Translations under genes and position numbers: made by a program | Part shown: in pieces, positions 37,446-48,742 of the stretch | Position numbering within the stretch: position 1 is the stretch's first letter | Layout of the letters: each line of letters starts with the position of its first letter | Notes under the pieces: model-generated | Databases searched by the model: none | What the model was told of the DNA's origin: nothing | The model's input: only the letters and a program-made list of their open reading frames with translations | DNA from: Bacteroidota bacterium | GTDB lineage: Bacteria > Bacteroidota > Bacteroidia > 2-12-FULL-35-15 | Assembly (NCBI GenBank): GCA_947479085.1 | Contig: CANJYB010000017.1 | Coordinates: 34,955 to 98,954, forward strand | DNA length: 64,000 nucleotides | Direction: 5' to 3'

Positions 37446-38450
37446 ATGAAGAACAGACTAAACAAAGCAGAGGCATTTTTTCTCTCTCTCATTTGGAGAC
37501 TTGGAAGAAGTTGTCTTTGCTTTGTTTTTATTTTTTCTTCTTTAAAAAGTGAAAGTCAAAATATTGTACCGAATGCTTCTTTTGAGATTCTTGATAGTTG
37601 TAATATAACTCTTAGCGGTGGAATTTATTATGGTAACTACCCATCCTGGAATTCCCCAACAGATGGTACGGCCGATGGATTTAACAACTGCACTCCGAAT
37701 TTGAGTTTTTCTATGCCTTCAAATGGATTTGGATTTCAATATCCTCATTCAGGGAATGGCTATGCGGGAGGAGCTTTCTATGCTATGAACTTCAGAGAAT
37801 TTTTACAAGTAAGACTGGATACTTCTTTAATTGCTAATCAGCAATATTGTGCAAGTGTGTATGTTAGTCTTGCAAACAGATCTCAATTACCTTGTAATAA
37901 TATTGGTATGTATTTTTCATCTGCCCTTACATACATTCCAACAACAAGTTATTTAAACTTTGTTCCACAAATAAATGACACGAATATAGTCAGTGATACT
38001 TCTGGTTGGACTTTAATTTATGGTCATTTTACTGCCACTGGCGGAGAGCGATACTTAATTATAGGTAATTTTTACAGCGATTCTTTAACCGACACTTTAC
38101 ACATGAATGGAAATTTTCCCGGTGCATACTATTTTTTAGATGATGTAAATGTACATTGTTGTAGTTGTGATAGCACGGGTAGCTTACATGATGGTATAAG
38201 TGAAATAAAGGAATCGGAAATAAATATATGCCCTAACCCCGCAAATAATATACTTACTATAGATTTAAATAATACAAAAGAAAAAAACTTACAATTAGTA
38301 ATAACGAATCTTTTAGGGCAGATGTTATATGCTTCAAAAATAAGTTCATCCAAGTCCGTCATAGATATAAGTGCTTACCCAAGTGGTGTTTATTTTATTT
38401 CTTTAAAAGATGAAAAAGAAAGGATAAACAAAAAGTTTGTGAAAGAATGA
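37446..38450 (+). CDS. T9SS-sorted protein, paralog 1 (CBM-like N-terminal domain)
   Basis: QNIVPNASFE...YYFLDDV domain; PNPA..YPSGVYF CTD. Confidence 0.8.
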   Translation: MKNRLNKAEAFFLSLIWRLGRSCLCFVFIFSSLKSESQNIVPNASFEILDSCNITLSGGIYYGNYPSWNSPTDGTADGFNNCTPNLSFSMPSNGFGFQYPHSGNGYAGGAFYAMNFREFLQVRLDTSLIANQQYCASVYVSLANRSQLPCNNIGMYFSSALTYIPTTSYLNFVPQINDTNIVSDTSGWTLIYGHFTATGGERYLIIGNFYSDSLTDTLHMNGNFPGAYYFLDDVNVHCCSCDSTGSLHDGISEIKESEINICPNPANNILTIDLNNTKEKNLQLVITNLLGQMLYASKISSSKSVIDISAYPSGVYFISLKDEKERINKKFVKE

Positions 38451-38490
38451 CCTGTTACAAACTTTTTAAGGGGTTTTGCTTTTTAAGATA

Positions 38491-39441
38491 ATGAAGTATT
38501 TCTTTTTTATATCTGTTTTATTCTTCATCTTCTTAATAAAAGGAAGAGGGCAAAATATTGTTCCTAATTCTTCTTTCGAAATTCTAGATAGCTGCAACTG
38601 GTTGAATGCGGCTATTCTTCATGGCTATTACCCGTCTTGGGATTCTCCAACAAATGGTTCATCTGATGGATATAATTCTTGTTCTCCATATTCTACCTGG
38701 TCTTTTCCAGCAAATGCATTTGGTTTTCAATATCCTCATACTGGCAACGGATATATTGGAGGAGGGTATTATGGTAATGGAATAAGGGAATTCATTCAAG
38801 TAAAATTGGATACCTCTTTAATTGCTAATCAGGAATATTGTGCAAGCGTATATGTTAATCTTGCGAATAGGTCAGAATTTCCGTGCAATAATATAGGAAT
38901 GAGTTTTTTAGACACCCATACATATTTTTCAACAAATAGTTATTTAAACTTATCCCCTCAAATTAATTTCTCTAATATAATAAGTGATACTTCCATCTGG
39001 ACTTTAGTTTATGGTCATTTTACTGCCACTGGCGGAGAGCGATACTTAATTATAGGTAATTTTTACAGCGATTCTTTAACCGACACTTTACACATGAATG
39101 GAAATTTCCCCGGTGCATACTATTTTTTAGATGATGTGAATGTACATTGTTGTAGTTGTGATAGCACGGGTAGCTTACATGATGGGATAAGTGAAATAAA
39201 GGAAGCGGAAATAAATATATACCCAAACCCGGTAAATAATATACTTACCATAGATTTAAAGAATATCAAAGAAAAAAACTTACAATTAGAAATATCGAAT
39301 TTATTAGGGCAGATGTTATATGCTTCAAAAATAAGTTCATCAAAATCCGTCATAGATATAAGTGCTTACCCAAGTGGTGTGTATTTTGTAAGATTAATAT
39401 CCCCAGAGAAGATAATAAACAGGAAGTTTGTAAAGGAGTAA
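38491..39441 (+). CDS. T9SS-sorted protein, paralog 2
   Basis: QNIVPNSSFE...; same architecture; ATG at 38491. Confidence 0.8.
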   Translation: MKYFFFISVLFFIFLIKGRGQNIVPNSSFEILDSCNWLNAAILHGYYPSWDSPTNGSSDGYNSCSPYSTWSFPANAFGFQYPHTGNGYIGGGYYGNGIREFIQVKLDTSLIANQEYCASVYVNLANRSEFPCNNIGMSFLDTHTYFSTNSYLNLSPQINFSNIISDTSIWTLVYGHFTATGGERYLIIGNFYSDSLTDTLHMNGNFPGAYYFLDDVNVHCCSCDSTGSLHDGISEIKEAEINIYPNPVNNILTIDLKNIKEKNLQLEISNLLGQMLYASKISSSKSVIDISAYPSGVYFVRLISPEKIINRKFVKE

Positions 39442-39581
39442 TTAAAAAGTGCTAAGTATAATGGGGAGATAAAAAATTTGCTTGCCTAGATCCCTTTATT
39501 TCCTTGCCCCGCATTCTAAATTCCAATTTATCCAAAAATTATTGATAGTTTTATCCTCAGAAATAAAACAATTATTCGATT

Positions 39582-41696
39582 ATGAAAAAACAATTACTAT
39601 CCATTCTTATTATTAGCACCATTTCATTGCAAGCCTTTTCTCAATCTAAAATAATACTGCCTGCCAATGTGTATAGCAGGATGAAAGCGAAAGGGGAACT
39701 GAAACCGGATGTTCAATATTTACCTGTTGGTAACAGTAAAGCAGGTGCAGACAACAAAGTAACCAAAGAGCAATTGAAAAAGATGAACCCACCTCCCGGG
39801 GGAGGTATGCCGGTATGTAATTGCCTTGTGCCTGTTGATGGCAGTTTCAGTGTTGCTGATTTTAACGGGGCCACACCACCCGATTACAGAAGCGATGATG
39901 GCAGTACAGGAGCCAAAGCATTACCATTTAATTTCTGTTTGTATGGAACTACCTATAACCAGTTTTTTATTAATAACAATGGAAACATTACACTGGATGC
40001 CGGTTACGGAGGGTATTCCGCATCGGGATTTCCGGATGGAGGATTTGTAATGGTAGCACCTTTCTGGTCGGATGTGGATACGCGCAACCCCGGAAGCGGC
40101 ATAGTATATTATAAAATAACAGCTACCTATGCCATTGTGAAATGGGAAGGAGTGGCACGTTATGATTCTACTTCGAACTTATTAAACACTTTCCAGGTTA
40201 TCATTACTGATGGTACCGACCCGATATTACCTCAGGGAAACAACATCGCTTTTTGTTACGGAGATATGCAATGGACTACAGGGTTTGGAGGAACAAATGG
40301 ATTTGGAGGCAGTGGTGCAACAGTAGGAGTTAACAAAGGTGACGGAATAGCCTCCATACAGGTAGGTCGTTTTGACCAGCCGGGAATAGCTTACGATGGC
40401 AGCTTCGGAAATAATGATGGAGTAGACTTTCTGGACAGGCAATCTTTTTATTCGAACTTCTGTTCAGGCACCAATATGGCCCCTATAGCAAGCGGGTTGA
40501 GCAATTGTGATACTGTTAAAGTTTGTCACCTTGGAGATACACTCTATATAAAGGAATTATTTCTTGCTCCTGAAGCAGGTCAGAATACTACTGTTTCTGT
40601 CAACCTGAACGGAACACCTAATGCAACGGTGATCAGCAATGTTTCGGGCAATGCAGCTTCGGCTACTGTAAGAATCATAGCAACGGCTGCCAATGCGGGA
40701 GTTCATACCATTACCTTTGTGGGGACAGACAATGGAATACCTGTGGGCAGCACCGTTATTAACTCAAGCGTGTTTGTAGATACAACAGGCATAGCAAACT
40801 TAAATCCTCACATTACGGGTATTACTAATTTTTGCCAGGGCGATTCGTCTGTTTTATCAGTTACCCCTACCAATTACGACAGTTATATCTGGAGCACGGT
40901 TTCATCCAACCTTTCCACTACCGTTCATAGTTCAGGAACTTATTTTGTAACTGCCAGCTTAAATGGTTGTTCCAAATCGACTTCGGTATTGGTTCACGAA
41001 AAGCCGGCAGCAACACCTGTTATTTCAGGGTTTCCGTTTGTATGTTCCGGTAGCGGAAATGTAACTACTCTGTATGCTGACTCGGCCATTTATACTTCGT
41101 ACTTATGGTCGAATGCTAATACTTCGGATACTATATATACCGGAACAGGAACCTATACACTTACTGTTACCAATTCATACGGTTGCACGGGTACTAATAC
41201 GGTAGTAGTTACTCCTATTGCAGGAAATGTGTTAACCACTTTAAACGGGAATACCATTACCGCTAACTTTTCGGGAGGTACTTACCAATGGATTAATTGT
41301 AACGGGAATACACCTATTACTTTTGCCAATAACCAAAGCTATACCCCGACAGGTGGAGGAAGTTTTGCTGTGATAGTTACCAATGGTGTTTGTTCTGACA
41401 CTTCTGCCTGTGTTAATTTTGTTCCTGTAGGTATTAATGAATACGCTACTGCTAACGAAGTAACCATTGCTCCTAATCCGTTTACTTCTCAAACTACTAT
41501 TAATTTTGGAGAGGAACAGAAAAATGTTTCTGTTAAACTGTTTGATATTTTAGGAAAAGAAATATGGAACAAAACATTTGAAGAAAAACGCAAACAGATT
41601 ATTATTGACAGAGGTGAGTTGAGCAAAGGAATATATTTTATTCAACTGACGATGGAAAACAAAAAGGTAATAAACAGAAAGGTTATTATTCAATAG
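39582..41696 (+). CDS. T9SS-sorted protein with nidogen-like (NIDO) domain
   Basis: LPFNFCLYG, VAPFWSDVDTR, NTFQVII; APNPF..LSKGIYF CTD. Confidence 0.85.
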   Translation: MKKQLLSILIISTISLQAFSQSKIILPANVYSRMKAKGELKPDVQYLPVGNSKAGADNKVTKEQLKKMNPPPGGGMPVCNCLVPVDGSFSVADFNGATPPDYRSDDGSTGAKALPFNFCLYGTTYNQFFINNNGNITLDAGYGGYSASGFPDGGFVMVAPFWSDVDTRNPGSGIVYYKITATYAIVKWEGVARYDSTSNLLNTFQVIITDGTDPILPQGNNIAFCYGDMQWTTGFGGTNGFGGSGATVGVNKGDGIASIQVGRFDQPGIAYDGSFGNNDGVDFLDRQSFYSNFCSGTNMAPIASGLSNCDTVKVCHLGDTLYIKELFLAPEAGQNTTVSVNLNGTPNATVISNVSGNAASATVRIIATAANAGVHTITFVGTDNGIPVGSTVINSSVFVDTTGIANLNPHITGITNFCQGDSSVLSVTPTNYDSYIWSTVSSNLSTTVHSSGTYFVTASLNGCSKSTSVLVHEKPAATPVISGFPFVCSGSGNVTTLYADSAIYTSYLWSNANTSDTIYTGTGTYTLTVTNSYGCTGTNTVVVTPIAGNVLTTLNGNTITANFSGGTYQWINCNGNTPITFANNQSYTPTGGGSFAVIVTNGVCSDTSACVNFVPVGINEYATANEVTIAPNPFTSQTTINFGEEQKNVSVKLFDILGKEIWNKTFEEKRKQIIIDRGELSKGIYFIQLTMENKKVINRKVIIQ

Positions 41697-41903
41697 GCCT
41701 CACCCCCTTCCCCTCTCCAAAGGAGAGGGGTGAAGCTACAGGAAGCTTTAGGCATAAAAAAACCTTCAAGGTTTTGAAAACCTTGAAGGTTTATGATTTG
41801 CAGAAAGGTATTATTCAATAACACACCCCTAGCCCCTCTCAAGAGGGGAATGTTGACGCATAAAAAAACCTTCAAGGTTTTGAAAACCTTGAAGGTTTAT
41901 GAT
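41675..41903. repeat. Duplicated composite unit of two REP-like palindromes
   Basis: GCATAAAAAAACCTTCAAGGTTTTGAAAACCTTGAAGGTTTATGAT at 41752 and 41858; CCCCTCTC..GAGGGG hairpins at about 41710 and 41833. Confidence 0.85.
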
Positions 41904-41937
41904 CTAACTTTTCAAAAAGAAATAAGAAAGAATGCTT

Positions 41938-44205
41938 TTAGGCTTTAATATTGGCTCTGATAATATTCAGAGCACCACCTGCTTTAAACCATTCTATCTG
42001 TTGTTCGTTATAAGTATGGTTTGCTTTTATTTCGTCACTGCTTCCATCTGCATGATGAAGAACTAACGTTAATGGTGTATTGGCTGCAAAAGAAGTCAGG
42101 CCGATAATATCGATTACATCATCTTCTTTGATTTTATCATAATCGGCTTTGTCAACAAAAGTAAGTGCCAACATGCCTTGCTTTTTCAGGTTGGTTTCGT
42201 GAATACGTGCAAACGATTTTACCAATACCGCCCGAACACCTAAATGTCTTGGCTCCATAGCTGCATGTTCGCGGGAAGAACCTTCACCGTAATTTTCATC
42301 TCCAACGACAATAGAACCTATAGAATGTGCCTTATAATCGCGCTGAACTTTTGGAACTGAATCATAATTTCCTGTTAACTGGTTTTTAACAGAGTCTGTT
42401 TTTTCGTTAAAGAAATTGACAGCACCAATCAGCATATTATTGGAAATGTTATCCAAATGTCCACGGTATTTTAACCATGGGCCAGCCATTGAAATATGGT
42501 CGGTGGTACATTTTCCTTTTGCTTTAATTAATAGTTTCAATCCTTTCAGATCAATACCTTCCCATGCACTGAACGGGTCGAGTAACTGCAACCTATCAGA
42601 AGTTGGAGAAACCACTACGCTTACCTGGCTTCCGTCAGCAGCTGGTGCCTGATAACCCGGGTCATCTACTGCAAATCCTTTGGTTGGTAATTCGTCTCCT
42701 GAAGGAGCATCAAACTTTACCTGTTCTCCTTTTTCGTTTGTAAGGTAATCTGTAAGGGGATTGAACGTTAAATCACCTGCAATAGCCATTGCTGTTACTA
42801 TTTCGGGCGATGCAACAAATGCATAGGTATTTGGATTTCCATCCGCACGTTTTGCAAAGTTTCTGTTAAAAGAATGAATGATGGTATTCTTTTCCTGTTT
42901 CTCAGCACCCATTCTGTCCCACATACCAATACAAGGTCCGCAGGCATTGGTAAATACCTTTGCTCCTATCTGGTCGAACACATCAAGGAATCCATCACGT
43001 TTGATGGTAAAGCGTATTTGCTCAGAACCCGGATTAATAAGGTATTCCGATTTTGCTTTTAACCCTTTTGAAGAAACCTGCTTAGCAAGACTTACTGCTC
43101 TTGAAATATCTTCGTAAGAAGAGTTGGTGCAAGAGCCTAACAATCCTACAGATATTTTAGTAGGCCATCCGTTTTTAATTGCTGCTGCTTTTAATTCAGA
43201 AATAGGAGTTGCCAAATCCGGAGTAAACGGACCATTAACATGGGGCTCCAAAGTATTCAAATCAATTTCAATTACCTGGTCAAAATATTCGTTAGGATTA
43301 GCGTACACCTCAGCGTCTGCTGTTAAATGTTGTTTTACCCCATTTGCCAGTTCGGCCACATCGGCACGCCCGGTAGCTTTTAAGTAACGTTCCATAGAGG
43401 CATCGTAACCAAAAGTAGAAGTAGTAGCACCGATTTCGGCACCCATATTACAAATGGTTCCTTTTCCTGTACAACTCATGGATGTAGCGCCTTCACCAAA
43501 ATATTCAACCACCGCACCCGTTCCTCCTTTTACAGTAAGAATGCCGGCTACCTTTAATATCACATCTTTTGGGGCTGTCCAGCCATTTAATTTCCCGGTT
43601 AATTTTACCCCGATTAATTTTGGCATTTTAAGTTCCCAGGCCAATCCTGCCATAACATCACATGCATCAGCTCCACCTACTCCAATTGCAATCATTCCTA
43701 AACCGCCAGCATTTACAGTATGCGAATCGGTTCCAATCATCATCCCTCCCGGAAATGCATAATTTTCTAAAACTACCTGGTGAATAATACCAGCTCCCGG
43801 TTTCCAGAAACCGATACCATACTTATTTGAAACAGAACCAAGGAAATCAAATACTTCCTTGCTTTCTTTATTTGCGAATGCTAAATCTTCGTTTGCCCCA
43901 TTTTTTGCTGTAATCAGGTGGTCGCAATGTACTGTAGAAGGTACGGCTACTTTCGGGCGGCCTGCCTGCATAAACTGTAACAAAGCCATCTGTGCTGTTG
44001 CATCCTGCATGGCTACTCTATCCGGGGTAAAATCCACATAGGATTTTCCTCTTCCGAAATTTTCCGGTCGTTGATCTTTATGCAAATGTGCATAAAGTAT
44101 TTTTTCTGTTAATGTTAACGGACGACCAACTAATTTGCGTGCCGCTTCAATCTTTGAAGGAAGATTTTTATAAACTTCCTTAATCATTTCAATGTCAAAT
44201 GCCAT
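41938..44205 (-). CDS. acn: Aconitate hydratase (mitochondrial-type)
   Basis: [46 protein letters not shown]. Confidence 0.95.
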   Translation of the reverse strand: MAFDIEMIKEVYKNLPSKIEAARKLVGRPLTLTEKILYAHLHKDQRPENFGRGKSYVDFTPDRVAMQDATAQMALLQFMQAGRPKVAVPSTVHCDHLITAKNGANEDLAFANKESKEVFDFLGSVSNKYGIGFWKPGAGIIHQVVLENYAFPGGMMIGTDSHTVNAGGLGMIAIGVGGADACDVMAGLAWELKMPKLIGVKLTGKLNGWTAPKDVILKVAGILTVKGGTGAVVEYFGEGATSMSCTGKGTICNMGAEIGATTSTFGYDASMERYLKATGRADVAELANGVKQHLTADAEVYANPNEYFDQVIEIDLNTLEPHVNGPFTPDLATPISELKAAAIKNGWPTKISVGLLGSCTNSSYEDISRAVSLAKQVSSKGLKAKSEYLINPGSEQIRFTIKRDGFLDVFDQIGAKVFTNACGPCIGMWDRMGAEKQEKNTIIHSFNRNFAKRADGNPNTYAFVASPEIVTAMAIAGDLTFNPLTDYLTNEKGEQVKFDAPSGDELPTKGFAVDDPGYQAPAADGSQVSVVVSPTSDRLQLLDPFSAWEGIDLKGLKLLIKAKGKCTTDHISMAGPWLKYRGHLDNISNNMLIGAVNFFNEKTDSVKNQLTGNYDSVPKVQRDYKAHSIGSIVVGDENYGEGSSREHAAMEPRHLGVRAVLVKSFARIHETNLKKQGMLALTFVDKADYDKIKEDDVIDIIGLTSFAANTPLTLVLHHADGSSDEIKANHTYNEQQIEWFKAGGALNIIRANIKA

Positions 44206-44298
44206 TTTCTTTTTTAATGTTGTTTTGTTTTACTGTTATATTGATTTTAATTAGAACCACCCCTTTAGGGTTTGAAACCCCAGTATGGGTAAAGTTTA

Positions 44299-45264
44299 CT
44301 ATTTTTCTTCCGTTTGAGTAGAATCTGTTTTTTCGGTTTCCGAAGGATCTTCTACCTTATCCTGCTTTGCCCCTTTCGAAATTAAATATTCAATAATGGA
44401 AACGGCTCCTTTGTCTTCTGCTATTTTTAAAGGAGTATCGCCTGCTTCATTTTTTGCATTTATATCCAAACCATTTTTTAAAAGATAGTGAACCATGTCT
44501 AATTTAACACCTCTGCAAGCTGAATGCAGCAGTGTGTTTCCGCCATCATCAAGGTCTGTAAGTTTGCATCCTTTTGTTAAGAAGAATTCAACCATTGCCC
44601 TGTCCGGAGCCAATTCCTTATCTTTCGGTTTCAGGTCCGATGCAAATAAAATAGCCTTATGCATTGGAAATATCGGATCCGGTTTTGTAAAACTGGCTCC
44701 TTTATTAACAAGCAGTTTTACTATATCAGGTTGAGAATAGGTGATAGCCGTTTGAAGAGGAGAAGTAGCCAATATCTGTCCTTCGTTATTTGCCAGATCA
44801 GGATTTTTCTTGATTGCTGTTTCCACCATGGATAACATTCCCTGTTTCACATAGTCCAGAAACTTGCGGTCATCAAAAAAGGTAACCTCAATAATTTGTT
44901 TCATGGTATCCTTTACATTAATAACTGTTTTAAATGTAGAAGGCATAGTTTTATCACTGGAAACGGCTGTTATGGTATTATCACCGTATTGCAAAATAAC
45001 CACACTTGCGGTAAAAGCTTTAACATTTACTGTTTTCTTGGCACCATTAATAGTCACGATACAATCTAAATCTGCTGCAATTATGCCTCTTGCTTTGATA
45101 TTTTTAGTGTTTACAGGAGCCTTGTTTCCTGTTTTGGCTGTGGTGGTTGTCTTTGTAGTTGTTGTGGTTTTTTTGGGGGTTTGCGAAAAACCTTTGTTGG
45201 TGGTTAAAGCAACAAATAATAAGGTAATAAGAACAAGCGTTTTTGATGAGTATCTTTTTTCCAT
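44299..45264 (-). CDS. Exported ankyrin-repeat protein
   Basis: Signal peptide; GNTLLHSA, GDTPLKIA ankyrin motifs. Confidence 0.85.
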   Translation of the reverse strand: MEKRYSSKTLVLITLLFVALTTNKGFSQTPKKTTTTTKTTTTAKTGNKAPVNTKNIKARGIIAADLDCIVTINGAKKTVNVKAFTASVVILQYGDNTITAVSSDKTMPSTFKTVINVKDTMKQIIEVTFFDDRKFLDYVKQGMLSMVETAIKKNPDLANNEGQILATSPLQTAITYSQPDIVKLLVNKGASFTKPDPIFPMHKAILFASDLKPKDKELAPDRAMVEFFLTKGCKLTDLDDGGNTLLHSACRGVKLDMVHYLLKNGLDINAKNEAGDTPLKIAEDKGAVSIIEYLISKGAKQDKVEDPSETEKTDSTQTEEK

Positions 45265-45420
45265 CTATGGATAGTTTTTTATCACGGTCTAAAAGTACAA
45301 TATTGTAGCCATTTGGCATACTAAAAACTCAAAAATATTTTTAATCATCAATTAGGTTCTCTTTGTTTTGTAAGTAAATCCGATTAGTTTTCTAATTTTG
45401 CACTCTTACAGAATACGCGG

Positions 45421-46662
45421 ATGGCATCATTTCTAAAAGAAAATATCAGAATATCATTACGGGCTATCCGTAGCCAGTTATTGCGTACCGTCCTTACGGC
45501 AGTTATCATTGCTTTCGGTATCATGGCATTGGTGGGGATATTAACTTCCATTGATGCCATCAAGTCTTCCATCAACAGTAATTTCACCAGCATGGGAGCT
45601 AATACATTTACCATCCGCAACCGGGAAATGAACATCCGTATTGGTCAGAACGGTAGAAAAGCCAAGCGTTTCAGAAGTATAACCTATGATGAAGCCATCA
45701 GATTTACCAAAGAATATTCTTTTCCCGCAAATCCTTCTGTGTCCACCAGGGCCTCAGGTGCGGGAGTAATGAAATACGAATCGAAAAAGACAAACCCTAA
45801 TATACAGGTATTTGGAGGAGACGAAAACTACATGGCTACTTCCGGTTACGAACTGGAAAAGGGCAGAAACTTTTCCGCACAGGAAGTTCAGTATGGAAAC
45901 CATGTGGTTATTCTTGGGCAGGATGTGATAAATGCATTATTTACTAAAAGAGAAGACCCTATTGATAAAATCATAACAATAGGTAGCGGTAAATATAAAG
46001 TAGTGGGTGTATTAAAGTCGAAAGGAAACAGTGCCGGATTTGGAGGAGATAAGGTAGGAATTTTACCTTTAAATAATGTGCGCCAGTATTTTGCAATGCC
46101 AAACATGACTTATACTATTAATGTATTGTTAAGCAATCAGCAATTAATGGACATGGCAGTGAATGAAGCTACAGGAGTATTTAGGATTATCAGGAATGTA
46201 AAACTGGGAGAGGACAATAATTTTGAAGTAACCAAAAGTGATAATCTTGCTAATTTACTAATTGATAATATTCAGAAAGTAACCGCAGGTGCCACACTTA
46301 TAGGTATTATTACACTTCTTGGAGCAGCTATTGGCTTAATGAACATCATGTTAGTTTCAGTAACCGAAAGAACACGGGAGATAGGAATAAGAAAGGCAAT
46401 AGGTGCCACCAAGAAAGTAATCAGAAGCCAGTTTTTGGTAGAAGCAATCGTGATTTGCCAACTAGGAGGATTATTGGGAATTATTTTCGGAATGGCTATC
46501 GGTAACCTGATTTCTTTTCAACTAGGTGTTGGGTTTATAGTTCCTTGGGTTTGGATAATTAGCGGAATTATACTTTGTATGTTTGTGGGTTTAATTTCCG
46601 GGTTATACCCTGCGGTGAAAGCTTCCCGATTAGACCCGATTGATGCGTTGAGGTTTGAGTAA
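45421..46662 (+). CDS. MacB/FtsX-family ABC permease
   Basis: LMNIMLVSVTERTREIGIRKAIGA; LDPIDALRFE. Confidence 0.9.
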   Translation: MASFLKENIRISLRAIRSQLLRTVLTAVIIAFGIMALVGILTSIDAIKSSINSNFTSMGANTFTIRNREMNIRIGQNGRKAKRFRSITYDEAIRFTKEYSFPANPSVSTRASGAGVMKYESKKTNPNIQVFGGDENYMATSGYELEKGRNFSAQEVQYGNHVVILGQDVINALFTKREDPIDKIITIGSGKYKVVGVLKSKGNSAGFGGDKVGILPLNNVRQYFAMPNMTYTINVLLSNQQLMDMAVNEATGVFRIIRNVKLGEDNNFEVTKSDNLANLLIDNIQKVTAGATLIGIITLLGAAIGLMNIMLVSVTERTREIGIRKAIGATKKVIRSQFLVEAIVICQLGGLLGIIFGMAIGNLISFQLGVGFIVPWVWIISGIILCMFVGLISGLYPAVKASRLDPIDALRFE

Positions 46663-46736
46663 AAAGCGAATAGGGAATAGGCAACAGGGAAAAGTGAGGC
46701 GCAATTTAGTAATGTCTATTTACAATTGCCTATTCG

Positions 46737-47189
46737 CTATTGCCTATCTTTAGTGTCAATAATAATAGTAACCGGCCCATCATTTACCAAACTTACTTTC
46801 ATATCAGCACCAAACTCGCCTGTTTGAATAGGTTTTCCTAAATCAGTTTGTAATTGAACAATCATTTTTTCATATAAAGGGATGGCTGTTTCCGGTCGGG
46901 CTGCTTTAATATAAGAAGGACGGTTTCCCTTTTTGGTTGATGCATGCAAAGTAAATTGTGACACAAGAATAATGTCACCTCCATTTTCTTTTACAGAAAT
47001 ATTCATCACTCCAGATTGGTCATTAAATATTCGCAGGTTAATTATCTTTGAACTTAACCAGATAATGTCTTCTTCGGTATCAGCATCTTCAATGCCCAAT
47101 AAAACAAGAAGTCCGGAATTAATAGAGGATTTTATCTTTCCATCAATTGTAACGTTAGCTTGTGTAACTCTTTGTATAACCGCCCTCAT
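46737..47189 (-). CDS. dtd: D-aminoacyl-tRNA deacylase
   Basis: MRAVIQRV, SQFTL, NDGPVT. Confidence 0.95.
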   Translation of the reverse strand: MRAVIQRVTQANVTIDGKIKSSINSGLLVLLGIEDADTEEDIIWLSSKIINLRIFNDQSGVMNISVKENGGDIILVSQFTLHASTKKGNRPSYIKAARPETAIPLYEKMIVQLQTDLGKPIQTGEFGADMKVSLVNDGPVTIIIDTKDRQ

Positions 47190-48116
47190 TTAATATTCAG
47201 TCTCTAATTCTTCTCCACTCATAATACCAAGATAGCTAGTGTACCTCGAAACAGCTATCTCTCCTTTTTCAACAGCTTCAATAATTGCGCACTTGGGTTC
47301 GTTAAGGTGCAAACAATTATTGAATTTACAATTGTTTCGTATTGCACGCATCTCCGGAAAATAATCAGAAATTTCTTCCTTTTCCATATCTACCAGCCCT
47401 AATTCCTTTATTCCCGGAGTATCTATAATAAATCCTCCATAACCCAAAGGGTGCATTTCTGCAAAAGTAGTAGTATGTTTCCCTTTGTTATGCGCATCCG
47501 ATATTTCACCGACACGCAAATCCAGGTTGGCATCCATTGCATTTATTAATGTGGATTTACCAACACCTGAATGCCCTGATATTAATGTTGTTTTATCTTT
47601 TGTTATTTCTTTCAGCACTTCAATATTTTTATTCTCCGTTGCAGAAACACGATAACATTTATATCCTATTCGCTCGTAAATGCCAATGAATTCGTTTACT
47701 GATTCCATCATCTTCTCTTCTTCAAACAAATCCATTTTATTAAATATAATACTTACAGGAATATGATAGGCTTCGGCTGTAAGCAGGAAACGGTCAATAA
47801 AACCGGTGGAAGTCCGAGGCATGGCAAGTGTAACTATCAGCAATGCCTGATCGAGGTTGGTGGCAAGTATATGAGACTGCTTTGAAAGATTAATGGATTT
47901 GCGAATGATGTAATTCTTTCTTTCTTCAATGGCATGAATCACTCCTCTGCCATCTTCTTCCATTTCAAACTCTACCTTATCACCAACAGCAATGGGGTTT
48001 GTAGACATTATTCCTTTCATGCGGAACACTCCTTTAATCCGACATTCTACAATTGTTTTGTTCTCGTTTAAAACAGTGTACCAGCTACCTGTTGATTTTA
48101 TTACTGTTCCTTTCAA
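47190..48116 (-). CDS. rsgA: Ribosome small subunit-dependent GTPase A
   Basis: GHSGVGKS, GKHTTT, DTPG, CKFNNCLH.EP.C. Confidence 0.95.
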   Translation of the reverse strand: MKGTVIKSTGSWYTVLNENKTIVECRIKGVFRMKGIMSTNPIAVGDKVEFEMEEDGRGVIHAIEERKNYIIRKSINLSKQSHILATNLDQALLIVTLAMPRTSTGFIDRFLLTAEAYHIPVSIIFNKMDLFEEEKMMESVNEFIGIYERIGYKCYRVSATENKNIEVLKEITKDKTTLISGHSGVGKSTLINAMDANLDLRVGEISDAHNKGKHTTTFAEMHPLGYGGFIIDTPGIKELGLVDMEKEEISDYFPEMRAIRNNCKFNNCLHLNEPKCAIIEAVEKGEIAVSRYTSYLGIMSGEELETEY

Positions 48117-48131
48117 GTTATTGTTTTTTTA

Positions 48132-48218
48132 TGTCACGCAAAGACGCAGAGTTCGCTAAGAAAAAATTACAAGTTTTTTCAATAAACGACTTTGCGTTCT
48201 TTGCATCTTTGCGTGTCA
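48132..48218. repeat. Long imperfect inverted repeat
   Basis: TGTCACGCAAAGACGCAGAG...TTCTTTGCATCTTTGCGTGTCA. Confidence 0.7.
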
Positions 48219-48316
48219 TTTTGCCTGTTAATGATTTTTATCAGCCTCAAATTTATTAAAAAGAATTAGCTTTGTATCGTAAAATGTAAATTCTAAAATC
48301 CAAATACAGCCTTTTT

Positions 48317-48715
48317 ATGAAAAAATTCCTTCTTATTCTTATCAGTATTGCTTCTATTACCGCTTATTCGCAAACAGCAAATACAACTGTTGTAACTAAT
48401 TTATCTGCTGAAGATTTTAAAAAACTTTCTTCGGCTGACAAAAATGGGGTGATTATAGACCTACGAACCAGTGATGAAATAACCAATAAAGGTTTTATAA
48501 AAGGTTCCATTCAACTCGACTGGTTAGCTAAAGACAATGAAACACAAGTGGAGAAACTGGATAAAAACAAAACCTATTATATCTATTGTGCTGCCGGTGG
48601 CAGAAGTGGCGACTGTGCTGAGTTTATGGAAAAACATAAATTCAAAAGGGTTTTTAATCTTGAAAAAGGATTTTCGGGCTGGGCAGCTAAAGGAATGCCG
48701 ATTGAAAAGAAATAA
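48317..48715 (+). CDS. Exported rhodanese-like protein
   Basis: IIDLRT..E, YCAAGGRS. Confidence 0.88.
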   Translation: MKKFLLILISIASITAYSQTANTTVVTNLSAEDFKKLSSADKNGVIIDLRTSDEITNKGFIKGSIQLDWLAKDNETQVEKLDKNKTYYIYCAAGGRSGDCAEFMEKHKFKRVFNLEKGFSGWAAKGMPIEKK

Positions 48716-48742
48716 ATCAATCAGATACACATCCGGATAGCC

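Noticed and set aside
37446..39441. Diversity-generating retroelement TR/VR pair
   Set aside because: Both copies are coding, the mismatches are not adenine-specific, and there is no reverse transcriptase in the window.
41938..44205. Eukaryote-like aconitase as evidence of gene transfer or contamination
   Set aside because: Mitochondrial-type aconitase is normal in Bacteroidota.
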